Below, one piece after another: positions 51,868-64,000 of a DNA stretch of 64,000 nt. The stretch's first letter is position 1. Each line of letters opens with the position of its first letter. The DNA is from Eledone cirrhosa (lineage: Eukaryota). The stretch spans positions 395,436,001 through 395,500,000 of the forward strand of contig OZ024741.1 in the NCBI GenBank assembly GCA_964016885.1, read 5' to 3'. The notes under the pieces were generated by a model. The model saw only the letters and a program-made list of their open reading frames with translations. It was not told where the DNA came from and searched no databases. Made by a program: the position numbers and the translations under genes.

Positions 51868-54304
51868 CTTTGTATGGGCTCCGCAAAGACCACAAGACAG
51901 TCGACGACCCAACAACAGGACCACCAACAAGACCCGTATGCGGAGCTAATATAGCTAGTAACTACAGAATCTCCTACTTCCTCTCAATGGTTATACGTCC
52001 CATAATCAAGATGTCCCCGGATGTATGTGCCAGTACAGAGGACCTCCTCAGCAGAATCAGTGAGTGCAACAAAAACAGGAACCTATCCAACTGCATAATA
52101 GGTAGCATGGATGTAGTGTCACTGTACCCATCCATTAACATTGATTTTGCTGTGGAAAAATGTGTGGAGTTGATCATTGAGAGTGAGGTGGAGTTCTGCG
52201 ACGTCGACACAGCTGAACTGGGCCTCCTACTTAGACTTACCTACGACACTGACTACCTAGACAGCCATGACCTTAGACGTTTCTGCCCCAGTAGACCTAT
52301 AAGAGGTAGACCCCCACCATAACCTCAATGGCAAAAAAGACTCCCATGGGAAGGTGGATTGGGTGGACCAAAGCTATACGGACCCCCCAAAACAATGATC
52401 AGGTAAGAAAAATGGTCGCACATGCAATAGGGGCTAGTATCAAAACTACCCTCAAGGGCCACATATTTAAATTCAACGACAACTACACCCAAAATGAAGA
52501 AGCAGTCATTGGCGTCAGCATAGCTGGTGATGTTGCCAACCTTTTCATGGTATAGTGGGAAAGGAGACTTAAAGATCTCCTTAATGAGAACTCCATAGAC
52601 CTCATCATGTACTCTCTTTATGTAGACGATATCAATATAGTTATAAGAACATTCCCACTAGAGAGCACTAACAAGTTTGATTTAGAACGTAGCACAATGG
52701 AAAGCATCCAGTAGATAGCTAATTCCATACACCAGAGTATAACTGTAACTATCGACTTGCCTTCCAAACACTCTAACAATAGACTACCTGTATTAGACAC
52801 AGAACTCTGGATTAACACTATAGACGAGAGAGCCCAAATACTCCACTCACACTATGCTAAACCCATGGCCTCCAAATACCTGATACTCAAAAACTCAGCA
52901 ATGTCCAGTAGTGCTAAGTTTAATATTCTGATCGCAGATTTGGTACGAGTGATGAAGAATGTGTCCCGCATGTGCGACCCAACAGAAATGGAAAGACACA
53001 TCCAACACTTCATCAACCGCATGCAGTTTTCTGGCTACAACCAAAGAGACAGAGTCAGAGTATACGAAGGAGCCATGGAGAAGTATAAGACCCTCATAGA
53101 ACTGGACATGAAAGGAATTTGCCCATTATACAGGAGCAAATCATGGAATAGCTTAGATAGGGCTAGACATAAGATAGGGAAAGCCACCTCATGGTACGAC
53201 AACCAGAGATACCAGAGTGTCATGTTTGTGGACGCTACCCCTGGAGGGAAATTAGCTAACCAGTGTAGAAAGGCCCTGAGAAAGACCCACTTAAAAATTA
53301 AGGTGGTAGAAAAGCCAGGAACCACCATAAAATCCCTGATCAGCAAAACCTACCCTTTTAAGAAAACCCACTGTACCAATAGGAAATGTATCATATGTAA
53401 GGTAAACCCCTGGATAAACTGTAAAACTAGAAACGTAGTCTATAGCATAAGATGTAGAGAGGGTACCTGCAGAAACATGACAACAACATACATAGGTGAG
53501 ACAGCTCGTAGCATAGGTGAAAGGATAGACCAACACTGGGGGGGAACTAAAAGGACGAAAAAACGGGTCAGTACTATACGAACATGCCAGATAACAACAT
53601 GACGGTAACATAGACAACATAGAAATTAGAATAATATCTAAACATAGAAATGACCCAGCAGATAGGCAAATCAGAGAGGCCAGTGAAATAGAACTTAGAA
53701 GACCAAGACTAAACAGAAAGAATGAATGGAATAACAACAACACCCAAACAAACAACACTGACCTAAGAGAAGTATAAATAAGTAAATAAAATAAAATAAA
53801 ATAAAATAAAATAAAATAAATAAATAAATAAATAAATACATACATACATACACAAGCACAATAACAACAAACACATAAACACACATTAGTCACCCAATCA
53901 CGAACACACATCACACATCAAACAAAACACTATACACACACGCAAACGCATGCGCAAAGAGGACAAAATAAAATAAACAAACAAATAAATAAATAAATAT
54001 ATAGACAGACTGAATAAAAATGGCATAGCCATACAATTCAACAGGAGGAAACAATAGCACCACTGACGATGTTGCAGATGTGCAACGAAAGATTTATGAT
54101 AAACTATATATATGTGTTTGTGTCTATATTGTATCTGTATTATTTTTGACCGGCGGTCAGTCAATGGCAACATTGAGGACCGAGTATATTATATTATATT
54201 AGATTACTGATATAAAAGACACAGAAGCGAAAACCAACCAAACAGTGAGTGTGTTCTGTTATTAATTCTGACAATATTACACAAATATGACCCTCCCCAA
54301 GTAT

Positions 54305-54311
<7 letters not shown>
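51868..54311 (+). mobile_element. Penelope-like element (Neptune-like): RT + GIY-YIG + pseudo-LTR, disrupted
   Basis: [57 protein letters not shown]...YIGETARSIGERI; stops and frameshifts. Confidence 0.93.
54054..54107 (+). ncRNA. Minimal hammerhead in the PLE 3' region
   Basis: CUGACGA(54063-69)-u-GUUGCA(gaug)UGCAAC-GAA-AGAUUU-A^; imperfect stem I; same position as 9587-9631 in the related element. Confidence 0.68.
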
Positions 54312-54351
<40 letters not shown>

Positions 54352-54702
54352 TTAATTTAATATTATTCTTAACCCCTTTTTCTCTTCATCAACTTTTAAT
54401 TTCAAATTCTTTTAAATTATCTATTATCTTCCAACGCCTTTTTAACTTCTCTCTGTTAGACAATATATATTTTTCTCAGTTGTAAAGGCTATCTCTCTCT
54501 CTCTATCACCCATCTCTCCTCCTCTCTCATCCTTCCTTCTTATACCCCTCCCCCACCATTATTTACTCTCATCTCCTCCTCTTCCTTGCCTCCCCCCCAC
54601 ACTTTTTCCCAATCTCATACATCAATCTTAAATTATTTTTCATATGTTGATTTAAAACTTCACTATTCACAAGTGTTTTTTAACCTTCATATCATGTATC
54701 CC

Positions 54703-54773
54703 TATTTTATCTGATGAAAACGCAGATATCATCTCATGATAATATTTGTTTTTGAAATGCACATAATAAAATA
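54703..54773 (+). ncRNA. Type I hammerhead in an orphan PLE-like terminus (about 54350-54895)
   Basis: UAUUUUAU-CUGAUGA-AAAcGCAGAUAU...AUAUUUGUuUUU-GAA-AUG(ca)CAU-A^-AUAAAAUA; perfect 8-bp stem I. Confidence 0.82.
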
Positions 54774-54894
54774 CATGGAACTCTTTTAACCATCTTTTGA
54801 TCTTCTATAATTTATACTCCAGTCCCACAAACTGAAGATTGGTACTTATCCGATATTTGCATTGCTTTATTGTGCTACAATAAAACTCACCTTC

Positions 54895-54991
<97 letters not shown>

Positions 54992-55002
54992 GTATATGTA
55001 TA

Positions 55003-55048
<46 letters not shown>

Positions 55049-55320
55049 TATATATATGTGTATATATATATATATATATATGTGTTTATATATATATATA
55101 TATATATGTATGTATATGTATAACTATTTATATATGTGTATATATATATAAATAAATATATATGTGTGTATATATATAAATATATATATATGTGTATGGC
55201 CTCAGCCGGATGGCTGAAACAGGTAAAAGAGTATATGTGTATATATATATAAATATATATATATATGTATATATATATATAAATATATATATATATGTAT
55301 ATATATATATAAATATAGAT

Positions 55321-56233
55321 TACTGTAGATAGAGTCAGAACTGGTTGGAAAAAGTTCAGAGAGCTTATACCACTATTAGCTGCTAAAGGGTTCTCCCTAA
55401 AAATGAAAGGCAGGTTGTACGATGCCTGCATACGAACAGCAATGCTGCATGGCAGTGAGACCTGGGCATTGTGTGCAGAGGATATACGCAGACTAGAGAG
55501 GAACGAAGCTTGCATGCTCCGCTGGATGTGTAACAGTAATATACGTGAATGGCAAAGCATAAACGAACTAAGGAAAAAATTAGAGATAAGAGGGATCAGA
55601 TGTTGTTTACTCGAGAGAAGGCTACGTTGGTATGGACACGGGATGCGCATGAAAGTCGATAGCTGTATAACAAAGTGCAGGGCAATAAAGATAGACGGTA
55701 GTCACGGAATAGGCAGACCTAGAAAAACCTGGGACGAGCTGATAAACTCCGACATCACACACTTACACCTCTCCAAGACAATGTCACTGGACCGAGACCT
55801 TTGGCGGTACTCAGTAACAGAGAAGACCCGCCTTACCTAAATATATAGTAAAACCTACTCCAGCCAGTAGGCATCTCTAACAAAATACACCCCGTCCCAC
55901 CACCACCACCCCATCCACACCACCCCGTTCTATGTAAAGTTATGTTGGTGCCGCGCCATCCAGGCCGAAACAAATGAGATCGTGTAGGTGTCACGACAAA
56001 AAAACACACAGTCCACGCTGTAATGTGGCCGTGTAGGCAACACGGTAAAAACCTCCCAGACCCACACTGTAAATGTGGTTGGTGTTAGGAAGGGCATCCA
56101 ACTGTAGAAAACCTGCCAGACAGTCCTATGCGAGCAAGACAATCACTCTTGCCTCAAGTGGGACTACCCCCGTCCAAACCCATGCAAGCGTGGAACACGG
56201 ACGTTAAACGTTGATGATGATGATGATGATGAT
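55321..56233 (+). mobile_element. RTE family B 3' fragment
   Basis: Near-identical to the reverse complement of 40861-41775. Confidence 0.93.
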
Positions 56234-56437
56234 AGATATATGTGTATATATATATAAGTATATATATATATGTGTATATAACTTTGATAGGTTTCGGCCA
56301 GTATTGGCCCAGGCCATGTCTAACTTAATAGCACCACCTGGCGAAGTCTTACAAATCAGTGTTTGGGCACCATGGCCCAGTCGATGTGTATATATATATA
56401 CACATATATATATATATGTATACATATATATATATAT

Positions 56438-57331
56438 CATCATCATCATCATCACCATCATCATCGTTTAAACGTCCATATTCCACGCTTGCATGGGTTT
56501 GGATGGGAGTTTTCCCACTTGAGGCAAGAGTGGTTGTCTTGCTCGCATAGGACTGTCTGGCGGGTTTTCTATGGCTGGATGCCCTTCCTAACACCAACCA
56601 CATTTACAGTGTAGAACTGGGAGGTTTTTACCGTGTTACCTACACGGCCACATTACAGCGTGGACTGTGTTTTTTTGTCGTGACACCTACACGACCTCAT
56701 TTGTTTCGGTCTGGATGTTGTGGTACCATCATAACTTTACATTGAAAGGGGTGGTGTGGATGGGATGGGGGTAGTGGGACGGGGGGTGTATTTTTGTTAG
56801 AGGTGCCTACTGACTGTAGTAGGTTTTACTTTGTATTTAGGTAAGGCGGCTCTTCTCTATTACTGAGTACCGCCAAAGATCTCGGTCCAGTGACATTGTC
56901 TTGGAGAGGTGTAAGTGTGTGAGGTCGGAATTTATCAAGTCGTCCCAGGTTTTTATGGGTCTGCCTACTCCGTAGGCATCTCTAACAAAATACACCCCCG
57001 TCTCACCACCCCCACCCCATCCACACCGCCCCTTTCAGTGTAAAGTTACGTTGGTACCCCAACATCCAGGCCGAAACAAATGAGATCGTGTAGGTGTCAC
57101 AACAAAAAACACACAGTCCACGCTGTAATGTGGCCGTGTAGGCAACACGGTAAAAACCTCCCAGCCCCACACTGTAAATGTGGTTGGTGTTAGGAAGGGC
57201 ATCCAGCTGTAGAAAACACACCAGACAGTCCTATGCGAGCAAGACAATCACTCTTGCCTCAAGTGGGACTACCCCCGTCCAAACCCATGCAAGCGTGGAA
57301 CATGAACGTTAAACGATGATGATGATGATGA
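56438..57331. mobile_element. Two family B 3' fragments fused head-to-head (56438-56971 minus, 56972-57331 plus)
   Basis: Tails point outward; junction TGCCTAC-TCC-GTAGGCA. Confidence 0.88.
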
Positions 57332-57334
57332 TAC

Positions 57335-57365
<31 letters not shown>

Positions 57366-57366
57366 C

Positions 57367-57413
<47 letters not shown>

Positions 57414-57414
57414 C

Positions 57415-57557
<143 letters not shown>

Positions 57558-57660
57558 CATATATATATACATATATATATATATACATATATATATATAC
57601 ATATATACATATATATATATATATACATATATACATATATACATATATATACATATATAC

Positions 57661-57691
<31 letters not shown>

Positions 57692-57738
57692 CATATATAT
57701 ACATATATACATATATATATACATATATACATATATAT

Positions 57739-57771
<33 letters not shown>

Positions 57772-57859
57772 TATATATATACATATATATATATACATAT
57801 ATATATACATATATATATATATATACATATATATATACATATATATATATATACATATA

Positions 57860-58663
57860 GAAGAAGTTTAGGGAACTACTACCACTGCTAGCTGCAAAAG
57901 GCTTCTCCCTCAGAATGAAAGGCAGACTGTATGATGCGTGTATCCGAACAGCGATGTTGCATGGTAGTGAGACCTGGGCGCTGAAGGTGGAAGACTTACG
58001 TAGATTAGAGAGAAACGAAGCCTGCATGCTCCGATGGATGTGTAACAGTAATATACGTGAACGACAAAGCATAAAGGAATTGAGAGAGAGACTGAGCATA
58101 AGAGGAATCAAATGCTGCGTGCAGGAGAGGCGGTTACGCTGGTATGGACATGTGATGCGTATGAAGGATGACAGCTGCATAAAAAGGTGCAGAGCACTAG
58201 AAGTTGATGGAAACCGCGGAGTGGGGAGACCCAAGATGACTTGGGATGAGGTGATAAAAGCCGACCTTACCCAACTACACCTCTCAAAGTCAATGACACA
58301 CGACCGTGACTTCTGGCGTCACGCAGTAATACAGGGTACCCGACCTCCCATGGGTACATGCTGAAGCATATAAACAATATGCCCCCCCCCCCCCACCGCA
58401 AGTTGGTCGTGGAGGAGCCACGGCAAAAAAGCACCCAGCCCACACTGTAAAGTGGACGTGTAGGCGCCACGAAAAAGCACCCAGCACTCACTGTAAATGA
58501 GGTTGGTGTTAGGAAGGGCATCCAGCTGTAGAAATCAAGCCAGATCAGTTCCTGTATGAGCAAGGCATGGTCAGCCGACCAGACACTGCCCACAACAGGA
58601 CAACCCGCCTAACCCATGCTAGCGTGGAAGAACGGACGTAAAACGGTGATGATGTGATGATGA
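57860..58663 (+). mobile_element. RTE family A 3' fragment
   Basis: ORF end ...GTRPPMGTC*, A-type 3' UTR, (GAT)n tail. Confidence 0.93.
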
Positions 58664-58665
58664 TA

Positions 58666-58699
<34 letters not shown>

Positions 58700-58806
58700 C
58701 ATATATATACATATACATATATATATATATATACATATATATATACATATACATATATATATATATATATACATATATATATACATATATATATATATAT
58801 ACATAC

Positions 58807-58839
<33 letters not shown>

Positions 58840-58882
58840 CATATATATATACATATATATATATATATACATATATATATAC

Positions 58883-58929
<47 letters not shown>

Positions 58930-58942
58930 CATATATATATAC

Positions 58943-58977
<35 letters not shown>

Positions 58978-59002
58978 CATATATATATACATATATATAT
59001 AC

Positions 59003-59081
<79 letters not shown>

Positions 59082-59094
59082 CATATATATATAC

Positions 59095-59145
<51 letters not shown>

Positions 59146-59182
59146 CATATACATATATATATATATACATATATATATATAC

Positions 59183-59213
<31 letters not shown>

Positions 59214-59400
59214 CATATATATATATACATATATACATATATATATATACACATATACATATATATATACATATATATATACACATACATATATACATAT
59301 ATATATACACATATACATATATATATACATATATATATATACATATACATATATATATATACATATATATATACATATATATATACATATACATATACAT

Positions 59401-59743
59401 GGAGGCACATGGCTTAGTGGTTAGAGCATGGGCCTTGAAATCGAAAGGTTGTGAGTTCAATTCTCAGACTGGGTGATGTGTTGTTTCCTTGAGCAAGACA
59501 CTTTATTTCACATTGCTCCAGTTTACTGAGCTGTAGAAATGAGAAGATAGGGACTGGGCTCTATATCATTCCACTGCAAAGTGGTCGTGGAGGTGCCACG
59601 GCAAAAAAGCACCCAGCACTCACTGTAAATGAGGTTGGTGTTAGGAAGGGCATCCAGCTGTAGAAATCAAGCCAGAATCAGTTCCCGTCCCACCCTTGCA
59701 AGCAGGGAAAAGCGGACGTAAAATGAAATGATGATGATGATGA
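59401..59743 (+). mobile_element. Full-length tRNA-derived CORE-like SINE
   Basis: A and B boxes, CORE-like domain, AGGAAGGGCATCCAGCTGTAGAAA module and family C tail. Confidence 0.9.
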
Positions 59744-59802
59744 TATATATATACATATATATAGATACACATATATATATACATATATATATATACATAT
59801 AC

Positions 59803-60221
59803 ATGGTGGCTGCCAACTCGTTTTGGAGTACGGCCACTACTTTATATCCATGTAGGAGAACCCCTACCGATGCGCTGAACGAGTGTGACTTTTTAGTCCA
59901 GCCAGCGATTTGAAAACTCTGGTACAAACTTGTGACAATTATTGACACATAGTGCTGGGCCCATGGTATCATGTGACAAAACGTGCAGAGAGATCTCCAG
60001 ATATAAAGCAATGCCTGTGCCGTGAAGCTTTTATAGTGAGCAAAGGCACTGCACAAAGCCAGTCCCACTCTCTTAACCAAGATGATATTTACCAAAAAGA
60101 AGAACAAGTCAACATCATTGGATACCATCAGGTATTCTCCTAGAATACCTGATATTCTCCTAGAATTCTGCCCTGACAAAGGCTAAGGGGTCATCTCTCC
60201 CGGTGATTTTGGCTGGCCATT
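59803..60221 (-). mobile_element. Second, 5'-truncated copy of the bipartite non-autonomous RTE
   Basis: Reverse complement of about 46455-46883 with small indels. Confidence 0.88.
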
Positions 60222-60531
60222 CCTTGCTCACATTTCAACCAGGTTTGATGGTCTTTATTCTCTCGTTCACGATTTCACCGAGTTTATATTCATAGAAATC
60301 TGGGACTTGTCTCTTTCTTCTCACTTTCTGTTGCTTAAACCATTTTGTTTGTTCACCCTAACGTCCTCTTTATTCACGTGTCCCAACGACTTTTTTTAGC
60401 CGTTGTTCGCACCAACCTGAGGTATATGGCCCTTAAAGCGATGAAATGCCTAGGATGGTTGGAGGGCCACTGATGAAGGACTTACTTTTTCATATGTAAC
60501 CCATTTGCAACGCCGCAGCTCCATTATTATC

Positions 60532-60533
<2 letters not shown>
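60220..60533 (+). mobile_element. Partial copy of the ~680-bp non-coding element, spanning the unit junction
   Basis: 60220-60495 matches 24125-23851 (minus); 60492-60533 matches 24534-24494 (minus). Confidence 0.8.
60412..60488 (+). ncRNA. Candidate non-circularly permuted hammerhead ribozyme, copy 2
   Basis: Stem III 60421-25/60446-50; H17=A60426; stem I 60427-33/60463-69; GAA 60443-45; CUGAUGA 60470-76; stem II 60435-42/60477+60482-88. Confidence 0.55.
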
Positions 60534-60562
<29 letters not shown>

Positions 60563-61070
60563 CGCACACATATACAAAATACAAAACAATCAAATTCCTG
60601 CCCAATAAATTAAATACAAATGTATCAAACATAAATTTGACCGCTCCATATTTTTAATCTCTGCTCTGTAATAAATCTGATAATTTACATTGAACTTTTT
60701 CATATACATATATATATACATATAAACACATATATATATATATATATACATATATATTTATATATACACAGTTCAAGAGTAACCAATCATAAAGAGAGAG
60801 ATGGAGATAGTAGAGGAGATATGAGAGGAGAGATTGGTGAGTTAGTTAGAAGACGAAGCGTAAAGGCATGTGCTCAATGTGCAATATGCAGTAGAAAGCA
60901 GCGAGGTGGCTGGGTTCATGCATATATTAGGTGCGCAGAGCTGGAAATATTCATTAGTTAAGCAAAGCAAGACCACAAATTTCACAAGGAAGACATTATT
61001 AAAAGATTGTCAACATATTTTAGTTTGATGTAAGGAATGTAGAGAATAATAATAATAATATTAATAATAA

Positions 61071-61256
61071 TTGTTTCTACTTTAGGCACAAGGCCAGCAA
61101 TTACCCAGTGCATTACTGGTACTTTATTTTATCGACCCCGTAAGGATGAAAGGCAAAGTCAACCTCGGCGGGATTTGAACTCAGATCGTAAAGGGACGTA
61201 ACTATGCTGGAAAGCATGGCGTCCGACCCTCTACCGATACTGCCAATCCACCGCCC
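61071..61256 (-). mobile_element. Full-length Meta-domain-like tRNA SINE with TSD
   Basis: Almost identical to 27603-27788; AATAATATTAATAATAAT on both flanks. Confidence 0.88.
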
Positions 61257-61281
61257 AATAATATTAATAATAATAATGTCC

Positions 61282-61401
61282 ATTTACAGTTGTTTCGCTA
61301 CTCCATATAATATTTCTGGATCAGATGACTATATATCATAATTGATTTGGTTCAGTTGAAAATAATTAACATATTTAAAAAACAGAGTAGCTCATCGGAA
61401 C
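61282..61401 (-). ncRNA. Hammerhead variant with an 81-nt stem II insert
   Basis: GUU-CCGAUGA-GCUACUC[81 nt]GAGUAGC-GAA-ACAACUGU-A^-AAU; U4C core variant and weak stem I. Confidence 0.55.
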
Positions 61402-61649
61402 TTCAAAGGAATATAAATTAAAATTATGGGATGTTACATAATATAATGTTCCATATATTGGTTTATACTATGGTCTCTTGGTTGCATCAGCTGTCAGCCA
61501 TAGTCAAGCAGTATTCACCTGTCGAGGCTACATTGTGAGAGATTATTATTATTCTCTACGTTCCTTACATCAAACTAAAATATGTTGACAATCTTTTAAT
61601 AATGTCTTCCTTGTGAAGTTTGTGGTCTTGTTTTGCTTAACTAATGAGT

Positions 61650-62525
<876 letters not shown>

Positions 62526-64000
62526 CATCATCATCATCATCATCATCACCGTTTTACGTCCGTTCTTCCACGCTAGCATGGGTTAGACGGGTTGTCCTGT
62601 TGTGGGCAGTGTCTGGTCGGCTGACCATGCCTTGCTCATACAGGAACTGATCTGGCTTGATTTCTACAGCTGGATGCCCTTCCTAACACCAACCTCATTT
62701 ACAGTGAGTGCTGGGTGCTTTTTCGTGGCGCCTACACGTCCACTTTACAGTGTGGGCTGGGTGCTTTTTTTGCCGTGGCACCTCCACGACCACCTTGCGG
62801 TGGGGGGGGGGGGCATATTGTTTATATGCTTCAGCATGTACCCATGGGAGGTCGGGTACCCTGTATTACTGCGTGACGCCAGAAGTCACGGTCGTGTGTC
62901 ATTGACTTTGAGAGGTGTAGTTGGGTAAGGTCGGCTTTTATCACCTCATCCCAAGTCATCTTGGGTCTCCCCACTCCGCGGTTTCCATCAACTTCTAGTG
63001 CTCTGCACCTTTTTATGCAGCTGTCATCCTTCATACGCATCACATGTCCATACCAGCGTAACCGCCTCTCCTGCACGCAGCATTTGATTCCTCTTATGCT
63101 CAGTCTCTCTCTCAATTCATTTATGCTTTGTCGTTCACGTATATTACTGTTACACATCCATCGGAGCATGCAGGCTTCGTTTCTCTCTAATCTACGTAAG
63201 TCTTCCACCTTCAGCGCCCAGGTCTCACTACCATGCAACATCGCTGTTCGGATACACGCATCATACAGTCTGCCTTTCATTCTGAGGGAGAAGCCTTTTG
63301 CAGCTAGCAGTGGTAGTAGTTCCCTAAACTTCTTCCATCCCGTTCTTACCCTAGTTATTGTACTTTCTGAGCACCCACCTCCGTTGCTAATTCGGTCACC
63401 TAGGTAGCAGAAGCTGTCTACTGTTTCTACAGGGCCCTCCCAGAGATTGGTGGTACTTGTTTCCTGTGGCTGTTTGCTTGCTGTTTCAGCACAGCTGCTG
63501 CATGTGAATCCTACATTCTTAATTAAGCTTCCTGAGATCCCGCTACATCTCTTGTGTACCCATTGTTTGCATTTGGGGCAAAGAATGGAGTTCCTACCTA
63601 CACCTTTCCTACATACTGAGCAAGGCCATTTCCCTGAGGGGATCTGGGTTCTGTTTTCTCGTCTACTTATAAGGACCTTAGTCTTTGTCATGTTGACTTT
63701 GAGGCCCTTTCTCTCTAGTCCCTGCTTCCAGGTTTGGAATTTATTCTCTAGTTCTACCATAGATTCAGCTATGAGTGCGAGGTCATCAGCATACAGGAGT
63801 TCCCATGGGCATCCGGTCTTAAACTCCTCCGTTATTGCCTGCAGGACTATGATGAACAGGAGAGGGCTAAGAACAGAGCCCTGGTGGACCCCAACCTGTA
63901 CGCTAAATTCCTCGCTATACTCATTGCCAATCCTAACTTTGCTGACTGCTCCCCTATACATGGCTTGTACCGCTTTCACAAGCCATTCATCTACTCCTAG
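62526..64000 (-). mobile_element. RTE family A copy running off the window edge
   Basis: ORF 62831->64000 (RT C-half + PHD) uninterrupted; tail at 62526. Confidence 0.95.

Larger units (their letters stand above)
60951..61647. repeat. 106-bp inverted repeat (60951-61056 / 61542-61647), probable PLE terminus
   Basis: Arms differ at only a few positions; the spacer holds a SINE and a hammerhead motif. Confidence 0.85.

Noticed and set aside
56281-56385. GGCC-loop-GGCC-GAAAC on the minus strand
   Set aside because: Only CUG precedes the helix and stems I and III cannot be formed.
59401-59475. tRNA gene
   Set aside because: A and B boxes belong to a SINE head; no convincing acceptor stem, and it continues into the SINE body.

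Overview
Eukaryotic, AT-rich, almost entirely repeat-derived DNA. The SINE/RTE repertoire suggests a mollusc, probably an octopod cephalopod (inference). The only host gene visible is glycogen synthase: three minus-strand exons (37384-37510, 35275-35432, 22840-22941) with canonical splice sites that join in frame, so most or all of the window is probably intronic. The rest is a nested pile, mostly sitting in (TA)n arrays. It contains many RTE-clade LINE copies (three young families, here called A, B and C, carry a PHD finger inside the RT ORF), older RTEs, a bipartite non-autonomous RTE, two tRNA-derived SINE families, a decayed Rep/Pif1 Helitron, a 27-bp minisatellite with a 194-bp higher-order unit, and several Penelope-like element (PLE) remnants of Neptune-like and Naiad-like type. 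Reading the non-coding DNA shows about ten type I hammerhead ribozyme motifs, most tied to PLE termini. The most unusual signal is a ~680-bp non-coding element present in two circularly permuted copies (23851-24534 and 60220-60533). It contains every hammerhead core nucleotide but with the three strands in a non-circularly permuted, pseudoknotted order, making it a candidate retrozyme-like circular-RNA element. All RNA folds were made by eye and none has been computed or tested. Element boundaries next to microsatellites are approximate.
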